A DNA stretch of 64,000 nucleotides from Hydrurus foetidus (GCA_900617105.1 UYFQ01000004.1:1-64000), one strand, 5' to 3'. Shown: positions 1-10,176, counted from the stretch's first letter. The notes: generated by a model from the sequence alone, not told the origin. Made by a program: numbers and translations.

Positions 1-90
1 CGCCGGGATTGCTACTCCCCTAAAGGTGGCCGGATCATGACAGAAAAAATTAAATTCTCGTCATTAGTCTTGCAGACTCAAGGGGCATTA

Positions 91-152
91 GCTATGAAAT
101 TAATAGCTGCTTGCGCTTATTCCATGTGGGCTATAGCCCTATTTCCCTTGAA
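91..152 (+). repeat. Dispersed ~63-bp motif, copy 1
   Basis: gctatgaaattaatagc tgcttgcgc ttattcc atgtgggctat agccctattt. Confidence 0.8.
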
Positions 153-960
153 TGATCGACTGCGCGAAACGCCAGAGGTATACCGCAAGGCTCACACCAG
201 CCACCACCGCGAGCACCATTTGTACGACGTGGTTTTCAGCAAAGTCCAACTCTTCGGTCAGCAGGTGGAAGATGGACAAAGCCACCAAGACTGCGGCAAT
301 GCGCAGCCCCCACGACGCGGGCGCGAATTGTTTTTCCGGCAAACGGATCCAGACTTGATGCCCCAGTAAACCGGAGAGCAGGCCCAGGCTGGCCCCCACC
401 GCCACATCGCCCGGCCAATGGGCGCCCACCGCAATACGGGACAGACCGGTACCAGCCGCCAGCACCAGCAGCCACCAGTGACGCCGACGTTGGGCCACCG
501 TAAGGGCAAAGTAGATGCCTGAGGCGACTGCAAACGCTGTCAAGGTATGGCCGGAGGGCATGGACACGTTGTGCAGCAACTCGCCCACCACGCGCATCTG
601 GGTGTTATCAACGACCGCAGCAGGGCGTGGGCTCTCAATGAAAAATTTGCCGGTACGTGCAAACAGCACCGCAAACGGTGCCGCACACAGCCACGCCACC
701 ATCAAACGGGGAGCGCACACCAGCAAGGGCGCAGTCACCGCCAGCAAGCCCCAGCCATTGCCCAAGAGGGACAAGCCGGTCCAAAACTCGGCGGCAACTG
801 GTGCGCCCCATTGGTTGATAGCGAGAAACATGCCGGGCTCCCACAGATGCAACCAAAACGGCGTGCCTAACACCAGGATCAGCAGGGGCAGCCACCAGAG
901 CCAGCGGGCAAGTGGGCTGGCAAGGGCGTGGGGCGTGGCGGGCGGGGTCAGCATGGTCAT
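139..960 (-). CDS. PAP2-family membrane phosphatase (undecaprenyl-PP / lipid A phosphatase-like)
   Basis: Motifs KxxxxxxRP (KFFIESPRP), SMPSGH and SRIAVGAHWPGDV; multiple TM segments. Start taken at ATG 960 (MTML); the longer ORF extension overlaps the upstream gene. Confidence 0.9.
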   Translation of the reverse strand: MTMLTPPATPHALASPLARWLWWLPLLILVLGTPFWLHLWEPGMFLAINQWGAPVAAEFWTGLSLLGNGWGLLAVTAPLLVCAPRLMVAWLCAAPFAVLFARTGKFFIESPRPAAVVDNTQMRVVGELLHNVSMPSGHTLTAFAVASGIYFALTVAQRRRHWWLLVLAAGTGLSRIAVGAHWPGDVAVGASLGLLSGLLGHQVWIRLPEKQFAPASWGLRIAAVLVALSIFHLLTEELDFAENHVVQMVLAVVAGVSLAVYLWRFAQSIIQGK

Positions 961-994
961 AGGGCGTGGGACGCCAGTGTAGTAGCTTGCGAAC

Positions 995-2491
995 TCAAGG
1001 CTTACGCGGTTCCAGATTCGATTGCAGCGTGCCGGACCAGCCGCGGCAGTCGTAAAAGCGGAAGCTGCCCAGCGGCCGGCCCCAGTGGCTGGTTTGCAGC
1101 GTGTCCAACAGCGTGCAGCTGGCAAACCCGTGGGGCGCCACAGGCACGTCGTAGGCCATGTACGACCAGTCCACCAGCAGGGTGTTACCGCCCACGGCCA
1201 GGTCACCGGCCCACAGGCTGAACTGGGTCAGGCGGTCTTCCAGCACATGCACCGGCAAGGGCTGGGCGTACCAGCCCAGGCGGCTGGCCAAGGTCCAATT
1301 TTGCACCGCCACACTGCCCAACTGCTGCTGCGCGGCCAGGGCCTGCGCGCGCGCGCCGGCAGCCTCCCAGCCATGCAAATCTGCAAACGGGTTGGGCTGC
1401 GGCGCCACGGCTGCCGCGCTGCCCGCCACCAACGGCCAGCCCGCGCTGAGCATCAGCCCCAGCAATGCCACGCAGGCCAGCGCCTGCAGCGCGGCCAAGC
1501 CGCGCACCACCCGGCGGCGGCCTGCCTGCCACAGGGAGGCAATGCCCCAACCCGCGAACGGAGCCAGCGCCACCCAGGCGGGCGCGGTCCAGTGCGGCAG
1601 GCTGGAGCCGCCGCCCGACAGGTACGTAAAGATGGAAAACGGCAGCGCGAAAAACAGCAGCAGCCAGGCAACAGGGCCTTGCGTGCGCCGCCAACCGGCC
1701 CAGCCCAACAACAACAGCGGACCATAGGTCAACAGCTGGGTCAGCACAAAACGCAGCACATGCTGGGCCTGCCAGACACTGCCCTTGCCGTGCGCGGCCT
1801 GGTAGGTGAACGAGATCCAGTTGTTCTGCACATTCCACACGGCCACGGGCACCACCATGAGCACGGCCAGCGCCAGCGCTGCCCACAGCCAAGGCTTGCG
1901 CAGCACGGACACGCCGTGCGCAGCCAACAGGCAGCCGCCCACCGCCACCGCCGTAAACACTGCGGTGTACTTGGACAAACCGGCCAGGCCCAACAAACCG
2001 CCCAGCACCAGCCAGGCTGCGGACGTACCCGCCGTGGGTGATTGCACCAGGGTCCAGGTCTGCCACATCAGCGCCACGGTCAGCGCCATCAACAAGGTGT
2101 CGGGCAAGAGGCCAATGCCCAGGATGTGCAGCAGCGGCGCCAGCGCCAAGGCCAGCACAGCCGCCAACGCGGCCTGGGGCGCCAACGGGCTCGGGGCGAA
2201 GATGCGCAAGCTGAGGCGGTGCACGCCCCCTACCGTGACCAGCCACAGCAGGCCCGGGATCAGCCGCAACACGGCTACCGGCGCATGCAAAGCCACCAGC
2301 GGCCACTGCAGCCAGCCCACCAGTGGCGGGTGGTCAAAGTAACTCAGAGCTGGGTGGGCGGCGTACAGCAGGTAGTGCGCCTCGTCTACCGACAGACCCA
2401 GGGCCGCACCCAGCAGGGCGTGCAGGACAAACACGGTCCACAGCACATGGTTTGCACGGGCACTGGCATGGGGCGGAAACAAAAAGGACAC
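995..2491 (-). CDS. ArnT/PMT-like glycosyltransferase family 39 membrane protein
   Basis: DEAHY, SYFDHPPLVGW and LSKYT motifs; polytopic. GTG start at 2491 is an estimate. Confidence 0.85.
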   Translation of the reverse strand: MSFLFPPHASARANHVLWTVFVLHALLGAALGLSVDEAHYLLYAAHPALSYFDHPPLVGWLQWPLVALHAPVAVLRLIPGLLWLVTVGGVHRLSLRIFAPSPLAPQAALAAVLALALAPLLHILGIGLLPDTLLMALTVALMWQTWTLVQSPTAGTSAAWLVLGGLLGLAGLSKYTAVFTAVAVGGCLLAAHGVSVLRKPWLWAALALAVLMVVPVAVWNVQNNWISFTYQAAHGKGSVWQAQHVLRFVLTQLLTYGPLLLLGWAGWRRTQGPVAWLLLFFALPFSIFTYLSGGGSSLPHWTAPAWVALAPFAGWGIASLWQAGRRRVVRGLAALQALACVALLGLMLSAGWPLVAGSAAAVAPQPNPFADLHGWEAAGARAQALAAQQQLGSVAVQNWTLASRLGWYAQPLPVHVLEDRLTQFSLWAGDLAVGGNTLLVDWSYMAYDVPVAPHGFASCTLLDTLQTSHWGRPLGSFRFYDCRGWSGTLQSNLEPRKP

Positions 2492-2569
2492 GAGGCAAGT
2501 CAGAGGAAAATGGAGACCCCCGCAGTCTAATCTGCGACCATCCTCCCATTGACCCCTGCAAGGAACACC

Positions 2570-2761
2570 ATGCCCACGTACCACGTTGAAATGCTCGAAG
2601 GCCGCACGCTGGAGCAAAAGAAGAAACTGGTTGAAGAAATCACCCGCGTCAGCGTGGAAGTGCTGGGCGGCTCGCCTGATTCGGTAGACATCCTGATCAC
2701 GGATGTGAAGCGCGAGAACTGGGCCACGGGTGGCAAGCTCTGGACTGAGCCGCGCACATAA
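2570..2761 (+). CDS. 4-oxalocrotonate tautomerase family protein
   Basis: N-terminal Pro after Met (MPTYHVEMLEGRTLEQKKKLV...NWATGG), 63 aa, AGGA RBS upstream. Confidence 0.92.
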   Translation: MPTYHVEMLEGRTLEQKKKLVEEITRVSVEVLGGSPDSVDILITDVKRENWATGGKLWTEPRT

Positions 2762-2825
2762 GCGCATCCGTTTTTTTCATAGCGCCGCGGCGCCGGGCCC
2801 AAGACCACAGGGGTAAACTGCTTCG

Positions 2826-3716
2826 ATGTGCCAACTGCTTGGAATGAACAGCCACTTGCCGGCCAGCCTGACGCTGAGCTTCACCGGCTTTTCGCAGCGC
2901 GGCGGCTGCACCGACCACCACGCGGACGGCTGGGGCATTGCCTTCTTCGAAAGCGAAGGTGACCTGCCCGGCAAGGCAGCGCGGCACTTTGTGGACAAGG
3001 AGAGCGCAGCTACCTCGCCGATCGCGAAGATGCTCAAGTCCTACCCGATCAAGAGCCACAACGTGGTGGCTCACGTGCGCAAAGCCACGGTAGGTGCCGT
3101 CACGCTGGAAAACTGCCACCCTTTTACGCGCGAACTTTGGGGCCGCTACTGGGTGTTTGCGCACAACGGCGACCTGAAAGAATTCAACCCGCCGCTGCAC
3201 GGCAGCTTCAAGCCCGTGGGCACCACCGACAGTGAGCTGGCGTTTTGCTGGCTGCTGCAGGAACTCAACAAATCGCATGCCTCGGTGCCTTCGGTTGAAG
3301 AACTGACCCACACCCTGGCCGAACTGGTGCCCAAGATTGCACGGCACGGCACCTTCAATTTCCTGCTGAGCAACGGCCAGGCCTTGTGGGCGCACGCCAG
3401 CACCAAGCTTTGCTACGTGGTACGCCAGCACCCTTTCAGCCATGTACAGCTCAAGGATGAAGATGTGACGGTGGATTTGTCCGAACTCAACGGCCCGGAA
3501 GACCGGCTGGTGATCGTGGTGACCGAGCCACTCACCACCAACGAAACCTGGGTGTCCATGGAGTCCGGCGAATTGCAGGCCTTTGTGGACGGCAGCCCGC
3601 TGAGCCGCGCGGTCTGCAAGACCACGCTGATTGCTGCGGCCGCTGCGGCCGCAGCCCTGCGAGAAGCAGAAGAGGCTGCCAAAGCAGCAGCCCTGGCAGC
3701 CCCTGCTGCGGTGTAG
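2826..3716 (+). CDS. Class II glutamine amidotransferase (YafJ/DUG3-like)
   Basis: N-terminal MCQLLG nucleophile Cys; HADGWG, NCHPF, FAHNG and GTTDSE motifs. Confidence 0.9.
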   Translation: MCQLLGMNSHLPASLTLSFTGFSQRGGCTDHHADGWGIAFFESEGDLPGKAARHFVDKESAATSPIAKMLKSYPIKSHNVVAHVRKATVGAVTLENCHPFTRELWGRYWVFAHNGDLKEFNPPLHGSFKPVGTTDSELAFCWLLQELNKSHASVPSVEELTHTLAELVPKIARHGTFNFLLSNGQALWAHASTKLCYVVRQHPFSHVQLKDEDVTVDLSELNGPEDRLVIVVTEPLTTNETWVSMESGELQAFVDGSPLSRAVCKTTLIAAAAAAAALREAEEAAKAAALAAPAAV

Positions 3717-3746
3717 TGTTTCAGCGGGCCCTTGGCCCGCCAGTCT

Positions 3747-4313
3747 TTAGGGCTTGCAGCCGTACTGACCCTTCTTCACATTCTCAACGTAGCTCAGATC
3801 ACCCTTGCACACGGGCTTTTCGGCGGGCAAGGCGGTTCCGGCTTTAGCGGCACAGGTGAAGGCACCGGTCTTGGCGTTGAGCTTGCCAGACAGCTTCCAG
3901 CCCTTGGCGCAGACTTCAGCGGGCTTAAGCGGCATAGGCTTGGCGGGAGCGACCAGGCCAGCCACGGTGATATCCACGGCCTTTTCTTGGCCAGCGCAGT
4001 TGGGGTGGTTTTGCACGTTTTTGCCACCCAGGGTCACATGGTAGGCACCGGCCTTTGCATAGGTGTGGGTCAGCACCAGCGGTGTGGCGTTGCTGGCATC
4101 GCTCACCGCGTCTTTGAAACTGCTGTCACCAAAATCCACGACGAAACCGCAGTAGTTACCGTTGACAACATCAATGGTGGCGGTGACCGTGACGGGTTCG
4201 CCCAGTTTGGACGCAGTAGGGGTTGCGGTAATGCCGCCCAGCACTTGCGCATGCGCGCTGAGGGCAAAGCACGAAACGGCGGCCAATGTGGCACAGAGAG
4301 TAGACATACGCAT
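3747..4313 (-). CDS. Secreted PKD-domain protein with Cys-containing C-terminal region
   Basis: Signal peptide (…ALSAHA), PKD-like VDFGD…THTYAKAGAYHVT, paired Cys residues. Confidence 0.7.
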   Translation of the reverse strand: MRMSTLCATLAAVSCFALSAHAQVLGGITATPTASKLGEPVTVTATIDVVNGNYCGFVVDFGDSSFKDAVSDASNATPLVLTHTYAKAGAYHVTLGGKNVQNHPNCAGQEKAVDITVAGLVAPAKPMPLKPAEVCAKGWKLSGKLNAKTGAFTCAAKAGTALPAEKPVCKGDLSYVENVKKGQYGCKP

Positions 4314-4404
4314 GGCGAGCTCCTTGAAAAATATTTCGAAGGCTACCACGACGGCATGGAACCGTCCGTACGGCAACACTCACATGGGCACATGCCCGCT
4401 GATG

Positions 4405-5346
4405 TCAGTGTTGCCGCTTCTTCAGCAGCCGCGCCTGGATTACCACCACCACCAGCAGGAACACACCGCGCACCACCGACTGCCAGTACGAGGACAGCGT
4501 GAATTGGCCCAGACCATTCTCAAAATTCAGCAGGTTGAAAATCAATCCCAGCAGAACCACACCGACCATAGTGGCGGCAATGGAGCCCGCACCACCACGC
4601 AGCAGCGTGCCACCCACGACCACCGCGGAGATGGCGAACAGGTCCCAGCCCATACCCTCGTTGGGCTGACCCGACCCCTGGGCCGCCAGAAACACGCCTG
4701 CCAAACCGGCCAAAGTGCCCGACAGCACGTAGACCACGATCAGCTTGCGGTTCACATTCAGGCCCATGAGCTTGGAGGCCTCTTCGCTGCCACCAATAGC
4801 CAGGGTGTGGCGGCCAAATGCGGTGTACACATGTGCAACGCCGGCCAGCACAAAGACCAGCAGCAGCACCCACATGGGCACCGGAATGCCCAACCAGTCG
4901 CCCTGGCCAAAGTCGGTAAAGCCCGTGTCATACGACGGGGACACGGCCTGGTTGTCCGCCAGCAGCAGGGCCATTCCGTGCGCCGCCAGGGTCATGGCCA
5001 GCGTGGCAATAAAGGGCTGGATACGCATGCGAGCAATCACCACCCCGTTGATCAATCCACATGCAGCGCCCGCAAGCGTACCCGCCACAATCGCGCCGAT
5101 GGCGCTGTGCGGCGACAGCAGGGCCGACACGACGGACCCCAAGGCTGCCACGGTGCCCACCGACAAGTCGATGCCACCGGTCATGATGACAAAGGCCATA
5201 CCAATGGAGATCAGCGCGAACATGGAGTTGTAGCGGCCAAACTCCAGCAGGTTGTAGGCACTGAAAAAGTTCTCGTAGCGCAGCGCGCCGAACAGGAACA
5301 GCAGGAGGACAACGACGGATACGCCGATCAGTTCTTTGTTTTTCAT
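4405..5346 (-). CDS. Sugar ABC transporter permease (YjfF-like)
   Basis: GGIDLSVG, FGRHTLAIGGSEEAS and ISAVVVGGT motifs; its start overlaps the upstream permease stop. Confidence 0.9.
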   Translation of the reverse strand: MKNKELIGVSVVVLLLFLFGALRYENFFSAYNLLEFGRYNSMFALISIGMAFVIMTGGIDLSVGTVAALGSVVSALLSPHSAIGAIVAGTLAGAACGLINGVVIARMRIQPFIATLAMTLAAHGMALLLADNQAVSPSYDTGFTDFGQGDWLGIPVPMWVLLLVFVLAGVAHVYTAFGRHTLAIGGSEEASKLMGLNVNRKLIVVYVLSGTLAGLAGVFLAAQGSGQPNEGMGWDLFAISAVVVGGTLLRGGAGSIAATMVGVVLLGLIFNLLNFENGLGQFTLSSYWQSVVRGVFLLVVVVIQARLLKKRQH

Positions 5347-6296
5347 CACTTCTTTTGCACCCACACTGCCACCACAATGATCACGGCCTTGGCCACCATG
5401 GCCGCCGCGTCCGGCACACCGTGCGCCAACAAGGTGTAGCGCATCAGCTGAATGATCAAGGCCCCAATCAGGGTGCCGAAAATACGTGCGCGTCCACCAC
5501 TGAGCAACGTGCCCCCAACCGCCGCAGCGGCAATCGCATCGAGTTCCATTCCCAGGCCATTCTGGTTCGCGTCGGACGAGGAGTTGATGGACACGGTGAT
5601 CAGCCCAGCCAAACCGGCCAGCGCACCACACAGGGCGTACACCATCATCTTGATACGCACCGCCGGAATTCCGGTGAGGCGTGCCGCCCGCTCGTTGCCG
5701 CCGGTGGCCACAATGAAGCGACCAAACACCGTGTGGCGCAGAACCCAGGAGGCCACCACCACAATTACCAGCATCAGCAGCACCTGCACCGGCACACCCA
5801 GAAACTGCCCTTTACCAAGCACGGCGAAGCCTGGGTTATCAAAGCTCTGCAAATTGCCATTGGTCAACACCTGGGCCACACCACGGCCTGCAATGAACAG
5901 CACCAGTGTGGCCACGATGGGCTGAATGCCAAAGCCGGTGACCAGCCAGCCGCTGAAACAGCCGCAGGCAGCAGCTACCGCAATGGGAATCACAATGGCA
6001 GCCACCAGACCGCCGCCACCCGGCATAGCCTGGAAGATCAACGGTGCCAGGGTGCCTGCTATCGCCATCAGCGCGCCCACCGACAAATCAATACCGCCAG
6101 TGGCAATCACCAGCGTCATGCCCACACCGACGATCACGATGGTGGTGACCTGCGTCAGATTGACATTGAGGGTTTGCAGCGACAGAAAACTTTCGGTGAA
6201 GAACAGGTTGAACACCACCAACAGCGCCAGCGCCAACAGCGCCCCGCCTTGAACCAGCCAATGACGCACTTGGGCTCCTGAAGAAACTTTAAACAT
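5346..6296 (-). CDS. Sugar ABC transporter permease (YtfT-like)
   Basis: GGIDLSVG, GGNERAARLTG and ELDAIAAAAVGG motifs. Confidence 0.9.
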   Translation of the reverse strand: MFKVSSGAQVRHWLVQGGALLALALLVVFNLFFTESFLSLQTLNVNLTQVTTIVIVGVGMTLVIATGGIDLSVGALMAIAGTLAPLIFQAMPGGGGLVAAIVIPIAVAAACGCFSGWLVTGFGIQPIVATLVLFIAGRGVAQVLTNGNLQSFDNPGFAVLGKGQFLGVPVQVLLMLVIVVVASWVLRHTVFGRFIVATGGNERAARLTGIPAVRIKMMVYALCGALAGLAGLITVSINSSSDANQNGLGMELDAIAAAAVGGTLLSGGRARIFGTLIGALIIQLMRYTLLAHGVPDAAAMVAKAVIIVVAVWVQKK

Positions 6297-7857
6297 GCGC
6301 CGCGCCCTCCTTCGGGGTGCTTAACGCGGAGTCCGCGCTGCGCCCTTCGGCAATGGCAGACATGATGGCGTGCTCGCTCAGATCGTCTCCGCGCAGCTCG
6401 GCAATGCTGGCACCGTCGCGAATCACCACCACGCGGTCGCTCATGCTCACCAGCTCTTCCAGCTCAGAAGCCGACATGAGAATGCCCACCCCGGTTGCGG
6501 CCAGTCCGCGGATCAGGTTGGCGATGTCTGCCTTGGCACCCACGTCAATCCCACGTGTGGGCTCGTCCAGCAGCAGCAAGCGTGGCGACAAGGCCAGCCA
6601 GCGGGCCAACAGCACCTTTTGCTGGTTGCCGCCCGACAGCTCGCGGATCGGTTGCTCGGGGCCCGACGTCTTGATACCCAGGCGGGCAATGAAGTCATCC
6701 ACGATCTTGAGTTGCGCCGCGCGGTCCACCACGCCCATGCGGGCCAATTGCGGCAGCATGACCATGGTCATGTTTTCGCGCACGGACAGGTCAGGAAAGA
6801 TGCCTTCGATCTTGCGGTCTTCCGACAGGTAGGCAATGCCCTTGGCAATCGCATCGGCCGGGTCTTTGAAGTCCACCGCTTGTTGCTCAAAGCGCAGGCC
6901 GCCGGAATTGGGGCGATCCGCGCCAAAAACGGCGCGCATCGTCTCGGTGCGACCCGAACCCAGCAGACCGGCCAGTCCCACCGTTTCACCCGCACCCACG
7001 TCCAGCGAAATGCCGCGCAGGCGCGGTGCCACATGCAGAGCGTCCACGCCCAACAGCGCAGGTCGGGGGCCAGCATCCGCATGTCCCACCGTCTTGCCAT
7101 GCGCCATGGAAAGCTCCTTGCCCAGCATGGTGGTCACCAGGTCCAGCTTGGAAATATCGGCCATATTGGAGACGTGCACGGTCTGACCGTCACGCATCAC
7201 GGTTACACGGTCACAGATGGCGTAGAGCTCGTCCAGCCGGTGGGAGACGAACACCACGGCTCGGCCGTCCTGCTTGAGCTTGCGGATCACGCCAAACAGC
7301 ACCTCCACCTCGCGGTCGTCCAGGCTGGAGGTGGACTCGTCCATGATGACCAGTTTGGCATCGACCGACACGGCGCGCGCAATGGCCACCATTTGCTGGG
7401 ATGCCGTGGACAGACTGGAGACAGGCTTGCGCACGTCGACGGACAGCCCCACCGAGGCCACCACCTGCTCGGCCTCGCGATGGATGCGGGCCCAGTCGAT
7501 CAGGCCAAAGCGGCGCGGCTCGCGCCCTAAAAATATATTCTCTGCCACAGAGGCAAAAGGCACCAGGTTGATTTCCTGGTAAATGGTGCTGACTCCGCTC
7601 TCGCGAGCCTGCTTGGGAGACTCGAAGCGGACGGCTGCACCATCAAAACGGATGTTCCCGCTATCCTGGGGACCGTCCAGCGCGTAGGCGCCGGTCACGA
7701 CCTTGATCATGGTGGACTTGCCCGCACCGTTCTGCCCAATCAGGGCATGCACTTCCCCGACATACAGCTGCAGGGACGCGTCACACAAGGCCGGTACGCC
7801 GGCAAAATATTTATGGATGCCCTGCATGGACAGCAACGGCTCGCTGGCGGAGTTCAC
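6289..7857 (-). CDS. Sugar ABC transporter ATP-binding protein, tandem ABC domains (YtfR-like)
   Basis: GQNGAGKST Walker A, LSGGNQQK signature, DEPTRGIDVGAK. Start is GTG 7857 or ATG 7827. Confidence 0.92.
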   Translation of the reverse strand: MNSASEPLLSMQGIHKYFAGVPALCDASLQLYVGEVHALIGQNGAGKSTMIKVVTGAYALDGPQDSGNIRFDGAAVRFESPKQARESGVSTIYQEINLVPFASVAENIFLGREPRRFGLIDWARIHREAEQVVASVGLSVDVRKPVSSLSTASQQMVAIARAVSVDAKLVIMDESTSSLDDREVEVLFGVIRKLKQDGRAVVFVSHRLDELYAICDRVTVMRDGQTVHVSNMADISKLDLVTTMLGKELSMAHGKTVGHADAGPRPALLGVDALHVAPRLRGISLDVGAGETVGLAGLLGSGRTETMRAVFGADRPNSGGLRFEQQAVDFKDPADAIAKGIAYLSEDRKIEGIFPDLSVRENMTMVMLPQLARMGVVDRAAQLKIVDDFIARLGIKTSGPEQPIRELSGGNQQKVLLARWLALSPRLLLLDEPTRGIDVGAKADIANLIRGLAATGVGILMSASELEELVSMSDRVVVIRDGASIAELRGDDLSEHAIMSAIAEGRSADSALSTPKEGAAHV

Positions 7858-7905
7858 AGTGGTCGGATTCCTGGATGGGCAACAAATGCCGGAGCAACTA
7901 GTGGA

Positions 7906-7936
7906 CATGGCGGCGCCAGAAACTGGCGCCGCCATG
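7906..7936. terminator. Perfect 14-bp GC-rich hairpin between binding-protein and ATPase genes (mRNA stabiliser/attenuator)
   Basis: CATGGCGGCGCCAG-AAA-CTGGCGCCGCCATG; no U-tract. Confidence 0.6.
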
Positions 7937-7967
7937 CGTCAAACAACCTTAGTACGGAGACAGGAGA

Positions 7968-8933
7968 TCAGAAACCTTCGGCGAGATCCTTGGCAGCATT
8001 GCTGATGTCATAGATCTTGTCTTCCACCTTCACCCAAGTAGGGATTTTCTCGCCCTTGGCAGAAGCCTGGGCAATCTTGCAGCTGATGGGGCCGAAGTAA
8101 GGAGAAGACTGCACGGTGGCAACCATCTTGCCGGCAATGATGGCTTCCAGCGCGTTGCGTTGGCCGTCGATGGACACCACAAAGATATCCTTGCCAGCGA
8201 CCTTGCCTGCGGCTTCGATCGCAGTGATCGCGCCCACAGCCATTTCGTCGTTGTGGCCATAAATCGCATTGGCTTCTGGATGCGCTTGCAGCAGGGTTTG
8301 CGCCAGCTGACGACCCTTATCGCGGTTGAAGTCACCAGACTGCGATGCCACGATCTTCATGCCAGGGTTCTTGGCGATCTCGTCGTCAAAGCCCTTCTTG
8401 CGGTCGGTGGCGGCGGAAGCGCCGGTGCTGCCTTCCAGCTCAATGATGTTGCCCTTGCCGCCCATGGCTTTCACCAGGGCTTGTGCAGCGCGACGACCTT
8501 GGTCGATAAAGTCAGAGCCAATGAAGGTGATGTAGTCCACGCCGGGCTTGGCCAGTTTGTGGTCCACGTCACGGTCGACCAGGATCACAGGGATGCCAGC
8601 CTTCTTGGCCTTCATCACGGCAGGGATCAAAGGCTTGTCTTCGCGGGGAGGGAACACCAACAGGTCCACCTTTTGGGCGATCAGGGAGTCGATGTCGGCC
8701 ACTTGCTTGGCAGCAGAGCCACCCGCGTCGGTGGTGATCACTTGCCAGCCGCATTTGGCGGCGGTGTCCATGAAGCTCTTGGTTTCAGCCAGGCGCCAAG
8801 GGTTGTTGCTTTCAGTTTGGGCAAAGCCAACTTTGTAGGAAGTCTTTTGAGGCACCTTGGGGGCATCTGCCGCAGATGCCGAGAAACTGGCTGCCGCCAG
8901 CGCCATTGCGAGAAGTGTGTAGTTGAAGCGCAT
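7968..8933 (-). CDS. Sugar ABC periplasmic binding protein (YtfQ/RbsB-like)
   Basis: Signal peptide, VGFAQTESNNPWRLAET, AIYGHNDEMAVGA, SIDG. Confidence 0.9.
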   Translation of the reverse strand: MRFNYTLLAMALAAASFSASAADAPKVPQKTSYKVGFAQTESNNPWRLAETKSFMDTAAKCGWQVITTDAGGSAAKQVADIDSLIAQKVDLLVFPPREDKPLIPAVMKAKKAGIPVILVDRDVDHKLAKPGVDYITFIGSDFIDQGRRAAQALVKAMGGKGNIIELEGSTGASAATDRKKGFDDEIAKNPGMKIVASQSGDFNRDKGRQLAQTLLQAHPEANAIYGHNDEMAVGAITAIEAAGKVAGKDIFVVSIDGQRNALEAIIAGKMVATVQSSPYFGPISCKIAQASAKGEKIPTWVKVEDKIYDISNAAKDLAEGF

Positions 8934-9027
8934 GATTCCTCTTTATAGGTAGTTAAACGGAGCCTCCGAACCATTTCGATTGAAGACAAGAGGAATCTTA
9001 TGGCGAATTAATAATTTTTCTATTGGT

Positions 9028-9041
9028 GTTATTACTAATAT
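9028..9041. promoter_or_regulatory. Candidate LacI-family operator upstream of the sugar ABC operon
   Basis: Palindrome TATTA-C-TAATA (9030-9040); near-identical site at 10163-10176. Confidence 0.5.
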
Positions 9042-9044
9042 GAA

Positions 9045-10166
9045 TTAATTTTTTGGCGGGCCAACAGTCGCCCGCTCCACCAACTGAACATCCACCTTGA
9101 TGCGGCGTTTGCGCCGTGGCACACCCGTGATCTCGTCCAACAGCAGCTCCACCGCCAAACGCCCCATCTCGTAGTTGGGCAAGACCAGGGTGGTCAACGG
9201 TGGCCGGGTGTGGCGCGAGATCTCCTGGTCGTCATAGCCAATCACCGACACATCGGCGGGGGCATGCAGTCCCAGCTCCTGCAGAGCTTCCAGGCACCCA
9301 ACGGCCATCAAGTCGTTCGCGCAAAAGATGGCGGTTGGCGGGGTTTCACCTTTCATGAGTGACAGCGTGCACTCAAAGCCCGTGGCCACCTGCCAGTCCC
9401 CCTCGCGCACCAACGCCGCATTGAACGCAATATCGGCACTTGCCAGGGCGCGGCGGTAACCCTTGAAACGGTCTTTGGCCGCATCCATCCAGGGTTCGCC
9501 ATTGATGAACCCAATGCGCTTGTGGCCGGCCTTGATCAGGTACTCGGTGGCGGTGTAGCCCCCTACGACTTCCGAGGGCACCACCGAGGAAAACCGGGGC
9601 TCACCCGCCTCGGAGGCATAGCAGTTCAGCATGACCGTGGGCACATTCGCCAGCTCGGAGGGGGGCACTGCTTGGCGCGTAAAGATGGTGGAGTAGATCA
9701 CCCCCGCCAACATGGGGTTCGCCAGCATAGTCTCCAGCACCGCGGATTCAATGTCCTCATTGGACCTGGTGGCAAACACCGACACCAGGGCACCCTGGCT
9801 CCAGGCCTCGTCCTTCGCACCGTCGACCGAGATCACCGGGTGCGGGCTAGTAGAGATTTCATCCACCAAGTACAACAATAGCTTGCGTCCATCACGCGCC
9901 GCCGTGGCCGCAGCAGGCTGCGTGGCGCGCCCCGAGGCACCCGCAGCAACAGCCTTGCGCCCCTCGGGCAATCGGTAGCCCAGCTCGCCTGCCACGCGAA
10001 ACACTTTCTGCCGAGTTTCTTCGGAGAGCTTGGCCCCCGTCATGGCATTGAGCACCAGGGACACCGTGGACTGCGACACCCCCGCCAGGGTCGCGATATC
10101 GGTCATGGTGGCCCGCTTGGCGGACACCGGGGCCGAGGCCGAAAGTCTCTTTTTTGACGTATTCAT
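9045..10166 (-). CDS. LacI-family transcriptional regulator
   Basis: HTH TMTDIATLAGVSQSTVSLVLN; C-terminal PTAIFCANDLMAVG, SVIGYDD, PPLTT. Confidence 0.95.
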   Translation of the reverse strand: MNTSKKRLSASAPVSAKRATMTDIATLAGVSQSTVSLVLNAMTGAKLSEETRQKVFRVAGELGYRLPEGRKAVAAGASGRATQPAAATAARDGRKLLLYLVDEISTSPHPVISVDGAKDEAWSQGALVSVFATRSNEDIESAVLETMLANPMLAGVIYSTIFTRQAVPPSELANVPTVMLNCYASEAGEPRFSSVVPSEVVGGYTATEYLIKAGHKRIGFINGEPWMDAAKDRFKGYRRALASADIAFNAALVREGDWQVATGFECTLSLMKGETPPTAIFCANDLMAVGCLEALQELGLHAPADVSVIGYDDQEISRHTRPPLTTLVLPNYEMGRLAVELLLDEITGVPRRKRRIKVDVQLVERATVGPPKN

Positions 10167-10176
10167 TACTAATAAC
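10163..10176. promoter_or_regulatory. Candidate LacI-family operator overlapping the regulator start, in the divergent promoter
   Basis: TCATTACTAATAAC (reverse complement GTTATTAGTAATGA) matches GTTATTACTAATAT at 9028. Confidence 0.5.

Noticed and set aside
37..369. 110-aa plus-strand ORF
   Set aside because: Mostly antisense to the PAP2 gene, and its AMKLIAACAYS segment is simply the translated dispersed motif.
3630..3716. Ala-rich C-terminal tail of the amidotransferase
   Set aside because: Low-complexity extension with no repeat structure or recognisable domain.
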